From positions 288,001 to 352,000 of the forward strand of contig CAVPJU010000010.1 in assembly GCA_963705505.1 (NCBI GenBank): DNA of 64,000 nt. Reading direction: 5' to 3'. Every line of letters begins with the position of its first letter. Position 1 is the stretch's first letter. The notes under the pieces were generated by a model. That model was not told the origin of the DNA. It ran no database searches and saw nothing but the letters and a program-made list of their open reading frames with translations. This document shows, piece by piece, positions 22,744 through 33,229 of this stretch. Source of the DNA: an uncultured bacterium (GTDB lineage Bacteria > Desulfobacterota_D > UBA1144 > Nemesobacterales > UBA2774). Position numbers and translations under genes: made by a program.

Positions 22744-23490
22744 ATGAGCTCTCAAGAAATATTTGAAGAGGCAAGAAGTTATTTCGGAGAGGCCGGTTTC
22801 AACCTCTTCGTCAAAATTAAATCGGAGGAGTACGACAGGGTGTCGGCCGGTAAAAAGAGCTCCTCTGATTTCGTCAGAGGGGCGAAATCGATATTACTCT
22901 CCGGATTCGCCGGCAAAACTTTCTGGCCCGTCTTTAACCGTTTCCTCACCGACAACCCGGACTTTAAAGAAAAACACGAAGACCTCATAGACAGCTACAC
23001 GACATTAAAATTCAGCCATGTGTCGGAAATACTGGGAGCGGAGAGAGGCATAAGCTATAAAGCCGTATTCCCGTTCGGGAGCGGCGCGCTGGATATGGAC
23101 TTCGTAAATCTCGGGATGCTGGGGGGTGTCGGGGTGCCGAGCCTTTTGGGCATACTGCTCAATCCCGAATACGGCACGTGGATCTCACTCAGGGGCGCTC
23201 TTATAACCAATCTGGAATTCGAGGAGTATGACGAACCGCTCGTCACGTTTGAGCCCTGCCCTGCTTGTCCGAAGCCGTGTATAACTGCGTGCCCCGCCCA
23301 TACGGTGTCCGATAGAGGCTGGGACTGGGAATCGTGCATGAGGTTCAGGATAAGCTCGGAAACCTGTTCGGGGAGATGCGCGTCGCGGCTCGCATGCCCT
23401 TACGGGAAAGAACATGCGTATACGGGAGGGCAGATCGCTTATCACCACGGCTTCGTTTTAAAAAGCGTGAAGGATTATTTCAGAAAGTGA
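22744..23490 (+). CDS. QueG-like 4Fe-4S protein
   Basis: LLNPEYGTWISLRGA, CPACPKPCITACP and C..C...CASRLACP clusters. Confidence 0.65.
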   Translation: MSSQEIFEEARSYFGEAGFNLFVKIKSEEYDRVSAGKKSSSDFVRGAKSILLSGFAGKTFWPVFNRFLTDNPDFKEKHEDLIDSYTTLKFSHVSEILGAERGISYKAVFPFGSGALDMDFVNLGMLGGVGVPSLLGILLNPEYGTWISLRGALITNLEFEEYDEPLVTFEPCPACPKPCITACPAHTVSDRGWDWESCMRFRISSETCSGRCASRLACPYGKEHAYTGGQIAYHHGFVLKSVKDYFRK

Positions 23491-23628
23491 GGAGATGATA
23501 ATTTATAGCAATTTCAGGGCGGCGAATGGATAAAGAGGCAAAAGCTGTTATATTATCAAAGTTATTTTATAAGTAAGATAGATTATGCAATAGCGGAATT
23601 AGAATACCCCCGAATTAATCCAGGAATC

Positions 23629-25014
23629 ATGAGCAGAGTCAGAAAACATACCCAACCACGGAGTAAACCGCTCGTAGCCATTATAGGCAGGCCGAACGTC
23701 GGCAAATCGACGCTCTTTAACAGGCTGATAAGGCAGAGAAAGTCCATAGTCGAAGACGTCCCCGGCGTTACCAGGGACAGAATTTATGCGGATACGGACT
23801 GGGACGGCTTTGAATTCAGCCTGGTCGATACGGGGGGATTCGATCCGGACGACGAGGAAATATACCCGTCCCTCATAAAGAACCAGATCCGTATCGCTAT
23901 AGACGAAGCCGAGCTAATACTCTTCGTGCTTGACGGAAAAGAGGGAGTAATGCCACACGACAGGGACGTCGTGAGCATGCTGAGGAAGGTTAAAAAGCCG
24001 GTCATCTTCGTCGTAAACAAGATCGACGATAAAAAGCACGAGCCGAGGGCGCTCGATTTCCACTCGCTCGGCATCGACGACTATATAGACGTATCGGCGC
24101 TCCAGGGCAGGAAAATCAACGAGCTCCTCGACACGATCGTTGAACACCTGCCTGAGCAGACGGAAAAAGAAGGAGAGGAAGTAGAGGAAGGCATTATTAA
24201 AATCGCTGTCCTCGGAAAGCCGAACGTCGGCAAATCCACTCTCGTAAATAAATTCCTCGGGGAGGAAAGATTGATCACGAGCCCCGTTCCCGGGACGACG
24301 AGGGACTCCATAGACACGTATATTGCGAAGAACGGGAAAAACTATCTCCTCATAGACACGGCCGGCATCCGAAGGAAATCAAAAATCACTTTTGCCGTCG
24401 AAAGACACAGCGTGTTCAGGGCGATAAGGTCGATGGAGAGGGCCGATATCGCGCTCCTGATGATAGACGCCGAAGAGGGACCGACGCACCAGGACGCACG
24501 GCTCGCGGAGCTGATAAGCGACAAAGGCAGAGCTTGCATTATACTCCTCAATAAGTGGGACCTCGTGCCGCAAGAAGTAGCTGAAACTCCCGACATTGAA
24601 GGCGCACTGAAAGAAAAACTCCTTGCCGTCGACTACGCCCCCGTGATGATAATTTCCGCTCTTACGGGGAGAGGAGTCGATAAAATATTTGAGAAGGTAG
24701 ATACGGTTTACGAAAATTTCTCCCGCAGGATCCCGACAAAAAGACTTAATTACTTCCTCCAGAGAATAATAAAAAAAACGCCGCCCCCCGTATACAAGGG
24801 AAAAGATATCAAGTTCTATTACATATCCCAGCCGCTGACCGAACAGCCCACGTTCGTTATTTTCACAAACGAGATAAAGGGCGTGCCTGAAAATTACAAG
24901 AGATTTCTCGAGAGCAGGATGAGAGAGGAGTTTCAGCTCGAAGGAACCCCTGTCAAAATACTTTTCAGATCGGAAAGAAAAAAAGACAAGACGATCGAAG
25001 GACGGTCAATGTAG
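23629..25014 (+). CDS. der: ribosome biogenesis GTPase Der
   Basis: two G domains (GRPNVGKS/GKPNVGKS, DTGG/DTAG, NKID/NKWD) and a KH-like tail. Confidence 0.96.
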   Translation: MSRVRKHTQPRSKPLVAIIGRPNVGKSTLFNRLIRQRKSIVEDVPGVTRDRIYADTDWDGFEFSLVDTGGFDPDDEEIYPSLIKNQIRIAIDEAELILFVLDGKEGVMPHDRDVVSMLRKVKKPVIFVVNKIDDKKHEPRALDFHSLGIDDYIDVSALQGRKINELLDTIVEHLPEQTEKEGEEVEEGIIKIAVLGKPNVGKSTLVNKFLGEERLITSPVPGTTRDSIDTYIAKNGKNYLLIDTAGIRRKSKITFAVERHSVFRAIRSMERADIALLMIDAEEGPTHQDARLAELISDKGRACIILLNKWDLVPQEVAETPDIEGALKEKLLAVDYAPVMIISALTGRGVDKIFEKVDTVYENFSRRIPTKRLNYFLQRIIKKTPPPVYKGKDIKFYYISQPLTEQPTFVIFTNEIKGVPENYKRFLESRMREEFQLEGTPVKILFRSERKKDKTIEGRSM

Positions 25015-25022
25015 GTTTGAAG

Positions 25023-26288
25023 CTATGCCTGCTTCCGGCAGACTTCGAGGATATTTCTTTCTATATCCCCGGCGACTGCTCCGGCTGAAAATTTTTCCTT
25101 TACCCGCTCCCTCCCCATCATCCCCATAGACCTCCTGACATCCGAGTCCCCTATGAGCCTTAAAATCGCCTTCGCCATATTTTCTATATCGCCCGGCTCG
25201 CTCAGGATTCCGGTAACCCCGTCCTCCACAGACTCGACGATGCCCCCTACCCTGAACCCGATTACGGGCAGCTCAAACGACATCGCCTCGATAACGGAGC
25301 GCGGGAAAGGGTCGGGATAATTAGAAGGTATAACGAATATATCGAAATCCTTAAGACAGGGCCTGACGTCTTTCCTAAAGCCGGTAAAAATGAAGTATTC
25401 ATCGAGCCCCTCTTCAGTGACCAGTCTCTTTAGATTGCCCATGTGGTCGTCCTGAAAAAAATACGGGGTATCCCCCACGATGACGAACCTCACGCTCTTA
25501 CGCTTTTCTCCGAGCTCATTAAGCGCAACGGCCGCCGCCTCTATAAACAGCTCATAGCCCTTCCTCGGCACTATCCTTCCTGTGCTCCCGACGATCACCG
25601 TGTCGCCGGCCAGACCGTAGGCCGACCTGATCTCCCCCTTTGTCGTCTCAGGGTCGTAATCCCCTACGTCGATCCCGTTATGTATGACTACCACCTTGTC
25701 TCTCCCGTGGCGGAACTGATCCGCAGTCGCGCCGGATACGCATATTATCCTTCTGACGACGGGAAGCCCGGCAAGGGTATTTATCAGAGAGCCGAGGAGC
25801 CTCGTCTGCTGAATATTCCTCACATGCCAGATGACAGGACACCGGTTAATAAGGCCCATAAGAGCCCCCACGATTTTAGCCTGGGTGCCGTTACAGTATA
25901 TGACATCGATCTTCTTCCGCCTTATCAGAAACGGCGAGGTAATCACCAGCGAAAACAGGTCGAGTATGTTGAGTAATACAGATAATAAATGCAGCCACTT
26001 GTTATAATAATATGAAAATTCCCCGTCATCGCCGCCCCCGTTAACTGTCTGAAAACGCGGCCTTTTGAGGTTCTCCGGGAACCTCTTGTCGGTAATTACG
26101 TTCTCGTATATGCCTTGAGCCCTGAGCCAGTCGGAAAAAACATCGTCCTTCGGGATCAGCACGTAGGGAGTGAGCTTAGTCCTGTCGAGGAACTTGAGTA
26201 TATAAAAAAGGCTTTTACCGGGTCCCCCGTCCCGTATAGAGTGGTTAATGAAAAGCACGCGCGGCAAAGAATCCATATCCATTCCCAT
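25023..26288 (-). CDS. glycosyltransferase family 4
   Basis: GRIVPRKG, DPFPRSVIEAMS, GGIVESV. Confidence 0.88.
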   Translation of the reverse strand: MGMDMDSLPRVLFINHSIRDGGPGKSLFYILKFLDRTKLTPYVLIPKDDVFSDWLRAQGIYENVITDKRFPENLKRPRFQTVNGGGDDGEFSYYYNKWLHLLSVLLNILDLFSLVITSPFLIRRKKIDVIYCNGTQAKIVGALMGLINRCPVIWHVRNIQQTRLLGSLINTLAGLPVVRRIICVSGATADQFRHGRDKVVVIHNGIDVGDYDPETTKGEIRSAYGLAGDTVIVGSTGRIVPRKGYELFIEAAAVALNELGEKRKSVRFVIVGDTPYFFQDDHMGNLKRLVTEEGLDEYFIFTGFRKDVRPCLKDFDIFVIPSNYPDPFPRSVIEAMSFELPVIGFRVGGIVESVEDGVTGILSEPGDIENMAKAILRLIGDSDVRRSMGMMGRERVKEKFSAGAVAGDIERNILEVCRKQA

Positions 26289-26422
26289 TTTTTGAGCTAT
26301 GCAATCGTACCATGATAAATATTAACAGGCTAATCACGGCAGATTAATGAAAATCCGTGAGCCGTGGGTATAATATTTAATTAAAGCGCTGGTAATCATT
26401 TGACGAGGAAAAGGGAGGATTA

Positions 26423-27094
26423 ATGAACCGCAATCTCAGAAAGCTTCTACCCAGGGGTATTGTATCTATTCTTTTTCTATGGTTCTTCGTAATCGGGGGT
26501 TGTGACATCGAGTTCGGGAGCGGAAATAGCGGAGGAGGAGGGGGCGGCGGCGGGAATACCGATGTCGAAACAATCCAGGGTACCGTTGTCGATATAATCC
26601 CGGACCAGAACATTCAGGGAATCCTCGTTTCAATCACGATCGATAATTCGTCGCCCGTGACGGACGTAACGGACGCCTCCGGCTTCTTTGCAATAGACGG
26701 CCCTTTTGCGGGCAATCCTCAGATATCGTTCACCGATACGAATGCGAACCCGCTGGGCACTATAGTCATAAACGTATTCCCGACCGCTCTGGTCGATCTC
26801 GGCGATATAAGCCTCAATAGCGGTACTGTGACTTTGCAGGATCAGACACAAGTCACTTTCGACGGGGACGTAACCGTAAACAACTGCACGGGGAACAGCG
26901 GCTCTTTAGAAGTAGAGGCGCAGAACGACCAGGGAAAAACGACTATCATAGTCCAGATATCGGCATCGACCGACCTTATAGACCAAGGCGACACCATCAC
27001 ATGTGAAGACATACTGCTGGGACGTAGCGTGCAGGTCCAGGGAGATATAGCGAGCGGCAACACTGTGGACGCCTCGAGGGTAGAGATAAATTAA
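26423..27094 (+). CDS. putative lipoprotein, beta-rich, possible C-terminal DUF5666-like domain
   Basis: signal peptide ending IGGC, poly-Gly linker, VQVQG...VDASRVEI ending; GGAGG RBS. Confidence 0.7.
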   Translation: MNRNLRKLLPRGIVSILFLWFFVIGGCDIEFGSGNSGGGGGGGGNTDVETIQGTVVDIIPDQNIQGILVSITIDNSSPVTDVTDASGFFAIDGPFAGNPQISFTDTNANPLGTIVINVFPTALVDLGDISLNSGTVTLQDQTQVTFDGDVTVNNCTGNSGSLEVEAQNDQGKTTIIVQISASTDLIDQGDTITCEDILLGRSVQVQGDIASGNTVDASRVEIN

Positions 27095-27161
27095 GCACGC
27101 GATCGTATTAAAATTCGTATAATCAAGCCCGACGGCATCCGGCAATATAATTTGAGCTTAT

Positions 27162-27746
27162 TTACTGCTTTTCCTCATCGAGGGACTTAATTTTCTTCTC
27201 AAGCTCTTTTATCTTCTCCTTGAGATACTCGACTTCTTTAGCCGTATGAGGGGGAGACGCTTCCTGTGCAGGTTCCGGCTTAGCCCAGGGGAATTCCCCG
27301 CCTGCAGGCATTTCCGATAAGTTCATGAGGTCGAAGTTGGGAGGGAGTTTAACGCCCGGAGGGAACCATCCCATCTCCTGCCAAAGGCGTATATTCTTCT
27401 TGAAATTCTCCTGCACCGAAAAATAGGGCTGAAACATCATGAGAAAGTAATTCTCAAAGAAGTCCTTCGCGACCTTATTCCCGTACTTGATGAGCATATG
27501 GAGAAAAGAAACGGGCAGAATATCCTCTTTGTTCTTCTCGCTCTCGAGCACTACCTGGATCAATATGACTTTTGAAATATCGGCGCCGGTCTGGGAGTCT
27601 ATAACCTTGACTTCGTTCCCCTCGCGTATGAGCGCACCTATGTCGTCCAGTGTGACATATCTCTTATTGGTGGAGTCGTAAAGTCTCCGGTTACTGTATT
27701 TTTTAATTGTGACCTGGCCCGGGGTTTCTTTTTCTTCTTTCGGCAT
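27162..27746 (-). CDS. phaR: polyhydroxyalkanoate synthesis repressor PhaR-like protein
   Basis: IKKYSNRRLYD...YVTL...TGADI DNA-binding domain; C-terminal coiled coil. Confidence 0.85.
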   Translation of the reverse strand: MPKEEKETPGQVTIKKYSNRRLYDSTNKRYVTLDDIGALIREGNEVKVIDSQTGADISKVILIQVVLESEKNKEDILPVSFLHMLIKYGNKVAKDFFENYFLMMFQPYFSVQENFKKNIRLWQEMGWFPPGVKLPPNFDLMNLSEMPAGGEFPWAKPEPAQEASPPHTAKEVEYLKEKIKELEKKIKSLDEEKQ

Positions 27747-27880
27747 AAGTACTATAATTATTCAAAGAAACTATCGCGAGTCAAGAAATATATAAATTAA
27801 GCACTTGACAATTTACAGGAAAAAAAGGAATATTTTATAGATAATACGAAAGCAGAGTTAGTCGAACAGGAGCTTAGGGG

Positions 27881-28837
27881 ATGACCAGCAAACCTTACAA
27901 AATCTGGCTTAACGGCGGATTTGTACCGTGGGACGAGGCGTCAGTACACGTCCTGACGCACACTCTTCACTACGGGCTCGCCGTTTTTGAGGGCATAAGG
28001 GCGTATAAATGCGGCGGCAAGAAGTCGGCCGTTTTCAGGCTGCCCGAGCACATAGACAGGCTTTACGCATCTGCTCACATTGCCCAAATCAAGATACCCT
28101 ACTCCAAGGAAGAGACTCACGACGCGATCATAGACCTGCTCACGGTTAACGACCTTGAGGAAGCCTATATCAGGCCGATCGCCTTCATAGGCGGCGGGAA
28201 AGTAGGACTCCATCCCGGCGACAACCCCATTACTTTGGCAATTTCCGCCTATCCCTGGGGTACGTATCTCGGTGAGGGGGCGTTATCCAAGGGTATAAGC
28301 GCGAAAATCTCTTCGTTTACCAGGATGGGCGTAAATTCGTTCATGACCAAAGCCAAGATCAGCGGTAATTACGCGAATTCGGTCCTCGCCAAGCTCGAAG
28401 CAACCTCTCTCGGGTTCGACGAAGCCGTATTGCTCGACACGGAGGGTTACGTCGCTGAAGGGACAGGAGAAAACATTTTCATTATCAGGAACGGCATTCT
28501 AAAAACCCCGCCTCTCACGTCCGTACTCGAAGGAATAACAAGGGACTCAGTTATCGAAATAGCGAAGGACGAGGGGATCGAAATAGAAACCGAGCGTTTC
28601 ACGAGGGACGAGCTATACATCGCGGACGAGGCCTTTTTCACCGGGACGGCCGCCGAGATAACGCCTATCAGGGACGTGGATAAAAGGGTAATCGGGAAAG
28701 GAAAGCCGGGGCCTGTAACGAAAAGGCTGCAATCGAGGTTTTTCGATATTGTCGAAGGGCGGGATTCCAAGTTCATCGAATGGCTCGAATTCTTTCCCGC
28801 GGTATCGCCTCTCAAAGTCAAGAATGAGTCTTTATAA
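27881..28837 (+). CDS. ilvE: branched-chain amino acid aminotransferase
   Basis: LHYGLAVFEGIRAY, AKISGNY, EGTGENIF, LEGITRD, TGTAAEITP. Confidence 0.95.
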   Translation: MTSKPYKIWLNGGFVPWDEASVHVLTHTLHYGLAVFEGIRAYKCGGKKSAVFRLPEHIDRLYASAHIAQIKIPYSKEETHDAIIDLLTVNDLEEAYIRPIAFIGGGKVGLHPGDNPITLAISAYPWGTYLGEGALSKGISAKISSFTRMGVNSFMTKAKISGNYANSVLAKLEATSLGFDEAVLLDTEGYVAEGTGENIFIIRNGILKTPPLTSVLEGITRDSVIEIAKDEGIEIETERFTRDELYIADEAFFTGTAAEITPIRDVDKRVIGKGKPGPVTKRLQSRFFDIVEGRDSKFIEWLEFFPAVSPLKVKNESL

Positions 28838-29276
28838 GGGACACCTCGCAGGCGGTGTCTTTGCGTTCATCGTATATCTGGTCATACTCGCGGTATTCTT
28901 CTCCTATAAACCCACATACGAAACCCTAATATGGTTCGGACTCTGCATACTGGGTTCCATATGGCCGGACATAGACACGAGCAGTACGGCGCAAAAGCTT
29001 TTTTACGGCTTTTTTCTAGTCCTCGACGGGATATTCCTTCTTGCCGGACAATTCACGAAAGCTGCTATCCTCGGTTTTTTTGCGCTCCTGCCCATAATCG
29101 GCAAGCACAGGGGATGGACTCATTCCCTATCGGCCGCATTTATCATCCCCTCGCCCCTGATCGTGCTTCCGGTAATCAAGCCCGAGCTGAATGCGGGCGG
29201 GCTCGAATACTACGTTCCCGTGGTAATAGGGTATTTAAGCCACCTGGTACTTGATAAGGAGTTCAAGCTCTTCTAG
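28824..29276 (+). CDS. membrane-bound metal-dependent hydrolase (YdjM-like)
   Basis: GH, WPDID, HRGWTHS, SHLVLD. Confidence 0.85.
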   Translation: MSLYKGHLAGGVFAFIVYLVILAVFFSYKPTYETLIWFGLCILGSIWPDIDTSSTAQKLFYGFFLVLDGIFLLAGQFTKAAILGFFALLPIIGKHRGWTHSLSAAFIIPSPLIVLPVIKPELNAGGLEYYVPVVIGYLSHLVLDKEFKLF

Positions 29277-29278
29277 GC

Positions 29279-30979
29279 TCATTTCACATCGATTCGGAAA
29301 GGCATAATGGCGAGGCAGCCCTCGGCAGACGCTCCGCCGATATTCTCTATCAGCCGTGTCAATTCATCCAGATAAGCGGATCCCCCGAATAACGACGAGA
29401 TCTTGACCCCACCGTAAGCTGAGTAGAACCTGAGCCGGGGAGTCTCGTCTCCGGGCATTCCGGATTCACGTTTTGCAATATTTACGGCATCCCAGAACCC
29501 GCCAAGCTCGTCCACGAGCCCGAGTGCCTTAGCCTGCCTGCCTGTCCATACCCTGCCCTTCGCCGCTTTCTCGGCCTCCCCCGGATCCATATCCCTCCCC
29601 TCGGAAACCGTCCTGACGAATTCCCCGTAATAGAATTTCATCAGTTCATCGAGCTTCTTCTCCTCGTCCTCCGAAAAGCCCCTGCTCGGAGAAAACATAA
29701 GGGATTTCTTTCCGACGGGAATGAGCTCCTTTTTAACCCCGAGTTTTTCATAAAAATCACCGAGAGCGAACTTGCCCGAGACTATGCCTATGGAGCCGGT
29801 GAGCGTCATCGGGTCGGCCACGATTTTATGAGCCCCGAGAGCGATAAGGTATCCGCCTGACGCGGATACATCCGACATGGACAGAACGACCGGTATCCTT
29901 TCAGAAACCTGCCGGAGACTTTCCCGTATCAGGTCGGAGGCGACCCCGGAACCGCCCGGAGTCAGTATCCTGAGAACGAGGGCCTTTATGTCCCTGTCTT
30001 TCGACAATCGCCCGAGCAGCTCGAGCAGGGAACCCGACCCCATGGTCTTCATCCCACTGCGCCCCATGCTCCGGCCGAGCGTAACGATGCCGGAGCAGGT
30101 TACGACCGCGATCCGACCGCCCCGTCCTCTGATCCTTCCGAGAAAGGAACCGAACGCGTCCTTAATTTTCAATATCCTGTTAAAACTCTCAGCAGTAAGG
30201 GCACAGACCTTGACACCCGTAAGCTCCCCTGCCCGGCCTTCGATTTCCGACTCATACGCCGTGCCGTCAATAAGTCCTTCCCCGAGAGCCGAAGCGGGTA
30301 TGAAAGGCCCCCTGTCCATTATGCCCCTGACATCCCCGCACTCGATTCCCCTGCCCTCGGATACGGCTTCCTCAAGCTGCGCTTGCAGGTCGCCGGTTAT
30401 GGAATCGAGCATCTCCCTATGGGGTTGGGACATGGAACCCCTCGTAAACGTTTCCGCCGCGCTCTTGTACTCGCCGTACCCCTTTAACAGGGCCGATATA
30501 CCGAGCTTGCCGAGCAGGTCCTTGAAAAATGTGACCTCCGCGCCAAGACCTATAAGGTTGAGCATCGACCAGGGAGGCATATATACATACTCCCCGGCAG
30601 AAGCTATGAGGTATTCGATATTCCCCCCGCTCTCTAAATATACGAAAACCCTTTTCCCGCGGCTCCTGAGGGCGAGAAGGCGTCTCCTCAGGGAATTGGC
30701 GCGGGCGAGTCCTATCTTAAGCTCGCTTATCACGACGAGCACACCCAGTATGTCGTCCGAGTCCTCGAGGCGAGACATTATCTTTTCTATATTTCCGATC
30801 GTAAGCTTCTTTTTGCCCCCTAGAAAAGGGAGAAAACCCTTTTCTTCCTCTTCGGGAATCTCCCCCCTGAGGTCAAAGGTAACAAAATTATATTTTCGTA
30901 AGGACTTAATCAGGCTATGAGCAAAATTCATCCGGCAGACCCATAAAATACTGTTGATAAGAAAGCCGAGAACCCGCAA
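29279..30979 (-). CDS. sppA: signal peptide peptidase SppA (two-domain type)
   Basis: YKSA, TPGGS, SASGGY, TGSIG, GRVWTG; start 30979 (TTG) or 30931. Confidence 0.88.
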   Translation of the reverse strand: MRVLGFLINSILWVCRMNFAHSLIKSLRKYNFVTFDLRGEIPEEEEKGFLPFLGGKKKLTIGNIEKIMSRLEDSDDILGVLVVISELKIGLARANSLRRRLLALRSRGKRVFVYLESGGNIEYLIASAGEYVYMPPWSMLNLIGLGAEVTFFKDLLGKLGISALLKGYGEYKSAAETFTRGSMSQPHREMLDSITGDLQAQLEEAVSEGRGIECGDVRGIMDRGPFIPASALGEGLIDGTAYESEIEGRAGELTGVKVCALTAESFNRILKIKDAFGSFLGRIRGRGGRIAVVTCSGIVTLGRSMGRSGMKTMGSGSLLELLGRLSKDRDIKALVLRILTPGGSGVASDLIRESLRQVSERIPVVLSMSDVSASGGYLIALGAHKIVADPMTLTGSIGIVSGKFALGDFYEKLGVKKELIPVGKKSLMFSPSRGFSEDEEKKLDELMKFYYGEFVRTVSEGRDMDPGEAEKAAKGRVWTGRQAKALGLVDELGGFWDAVNIAKRESGMPGDETPRLRFYSAYGGVKISSLFGGSAYLDELTRLIENIGGASAEGCLAIMPFRIDVK

Positions 30980-30988
30980 GCGTTCAGG

Positions 30989-32465
30989 CTATCTTTCCAT
31001 GATATAAGAAACCAGAGTCCTGACTCCGAACCCTGTGCCGCCTTTCGGGTTCCAGTTGCTATCCTTCTCGGTATAAGCGGGGCCCGCGATGTCGATGTGC
31101 GCCCAGGGAATATTCCCGACGAAGTTCTCGAGAAACATCGCCGCTGTAATTGCGCCCCCCCACCTGCTGCCGGCGTTTTTTATATCCGCGACATCGCTTT
31201 TAATATCCGAGCGCAATTCATCGTCCATCGGCAGCTGCCATATTTTTTCCCCGGCGGAATCGGCGGCCTTTTTAATCCTGTCCAAGAGCTTCTGGTCATT
31301 GCCCATCAGACCGGCTGTATATGTACCCAACGCGACCATACACGCCCCGGTGAGCGTCGCAAGATCGATAATCTCGTCGACCTTCAGATGCACCGCGTAA
31401 GAAAGGGCATCTGAAAGCACTATCCTCCCCTCGGCGTCGGTATTTATGACCTCTATCGTTTTCCCGTTATACGCCCTTATCACATCGTCCGGTTTATACG
31501 CTCCCGGACCCGTCATATTCTCGCACGAAGAAATAAGTCCATGAACCCTTATGGAGGGCCTGAGACGCGATAAGGTCTTCATAATTCCAAGGACCGCTGC
31601 CGCGCCCGCCATATCCATTTTCATCGTACGCATGCTGTCCGCAGGCTTTATACAGAGTCCCCCGGAATCGAACGTAATGCCCTTCCCGACGACAGCCAGG
31701 GTCGTTTTAGGCTTTTTGCCGGGCGGCTCATAGGTGAGATGGATAAACCTTGGAGGCTCATCGCTCCCGCTCGATACGGCGACGATGCCCGCCATGCCCC
31801 TCCTCTTTATCTCATCGAGATCGAATATCTCGCACTTCAGATTGCCCTCGTCAGCTATCGCTGTAGCCGTCTCGGCGAGCCTCGAAGGCGTCATATAGTC
31901 GGGCGGCTCATTTACCAGATCGCGGGCGAGGCACGTGGATTCCGAGACCGCTTTTGCCAAGTCTATCTCTTCCTCGAACTTCCTGTCTTTCATATGTTTG
32001 GTGAGTACGACGACGTTTTCGATCTCGCTTTCCGCTCCGTTATTTGTCTTGTATTTGCTGAATTCGTAGGAGCCCAGAATCACGCCCTCGGCCAGAGCAG
32101 AGACGTAACCGCGCTCTCCGCAAAATTCCGGACCGAAGGCAATAGACGTACATGCATCTTTCAGCTTTTTGGCCGTCAGGTTTCCGGCTTTCCTCGACCG
32201 TATCCGGAGTGAATCCGGACCTGACCCCAAGCCCCAGGAGAAGCACCCGTTTGGCGCCTATCTTCCCGAAAGTGCTGCTTAATATAAGGCTTTTCCCCAT
32301 GTCTCCCACAAATTTTTCGTCCTCGGACAGGCCTTTCAATACGTCCCCTAAAGCGTCATTCACGATCTTTGCGGACCCTGAAAATTTATCCCCTTTGAAC
32401 ATACCCACTACGAGGAGATCCGTCTTTACTTTCAATATATCTTCATTGCTTTGCCTGAAGTTCAA
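30989..32465 (-). CDS. pepA: leucyl aminopeptidase (M17), one +1 frameshift at ~32194
   Basis: GKGITFDSGG, MKMDMAG, NTDAEGR, HIDIAG; N-terminal domain in the adjacent frame; 491 aa after correction. Confidence 0.92.
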
Positions 32466-32736
32466 TTCGCTTCGCCTCCTTTAATTCAAAATCGTGAGAT
32501 TAGATTAGCATACCGTTTCGAAATTGAAACTGCGGTAAATTTCAGTTAAATACCTATCAGAATTAATTTACATTATATTCTATGGTATACTTTTCATGAG
32601 ATTAAACTCAAAATCTCTAAATTAAAAACAATTTATTTAAAACATCGGTACGCGTTTTTTAGTAGATGTATTAACAAAAATTAGGTAAATTATTACTCTA
32701 AAAAAATCTTTTAATACCCGCAAGGAGGAAATTATA

Positions 32737-33018
32737 ATGGGTTGCCCGTATAAAGCTATTGCAGACGATACCAGAAGGAAGATCCTGGAGTTCTTAAGCC
32801 AGGGTGAAAGCGCGGCCGGGGATATTGCGAGCAAGTTCGACATATCCAAGCCCGCCATCTCGAACCATCTCAAGATCCTGAAGGAGGCCGAAATTGTTAA
32901 TGAGCGTAAAGTCAGACAAAACCGACTTTATTCCCTCAATAGCAACAAGATAGAGAATATGAGATATTTTCTCGCTTCTTTGACAGGAAAAGACAATCAA
33001 CCAATGAGAGCCCAGTAA
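32737..33018 (+). CDS. ArsR/SmtB (SdpR-like) repressor, copy 1
   Basis: AIADDTRRKIL, ISKPAISNHLKILKEA; AAGGAGG RBS. Confidence 0.9.
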   Translation: MGCPYKAIADDTRRKILEFLSQGESAAGDIASKFDISKPAISNHLKILKEAEIVNERKVRQNRLYSLNSNKIENMRYFLASLTGKDNQPMRAQ

Positions 33019-33229
33019 CCGCTGCTGCACTATATCGGTAATTGATCAGATAAGCAAAACGTCGGTTACGAATTCGAGAGAAAGCCGTTTCTGGTGGCGT
33101 GATACCGGAAACGGCTTTTTATATTTATAATCATATAAGAAGCTATACTATCTCTCCGATGCAATCGAATAGGAAGAAATCCCGATTCTATGTCTCCGAA
33201 TCTAAAATCGAGCTTCCGGCCGTGACAAG

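Noticed and set aside
29877..30920. 347-aa plus-strand ORF and many other long antisense ORFs in the track
   Set aside because: shadow frames of well-supported genes (sppA etc.), Ser/Pro-rich, no motifs
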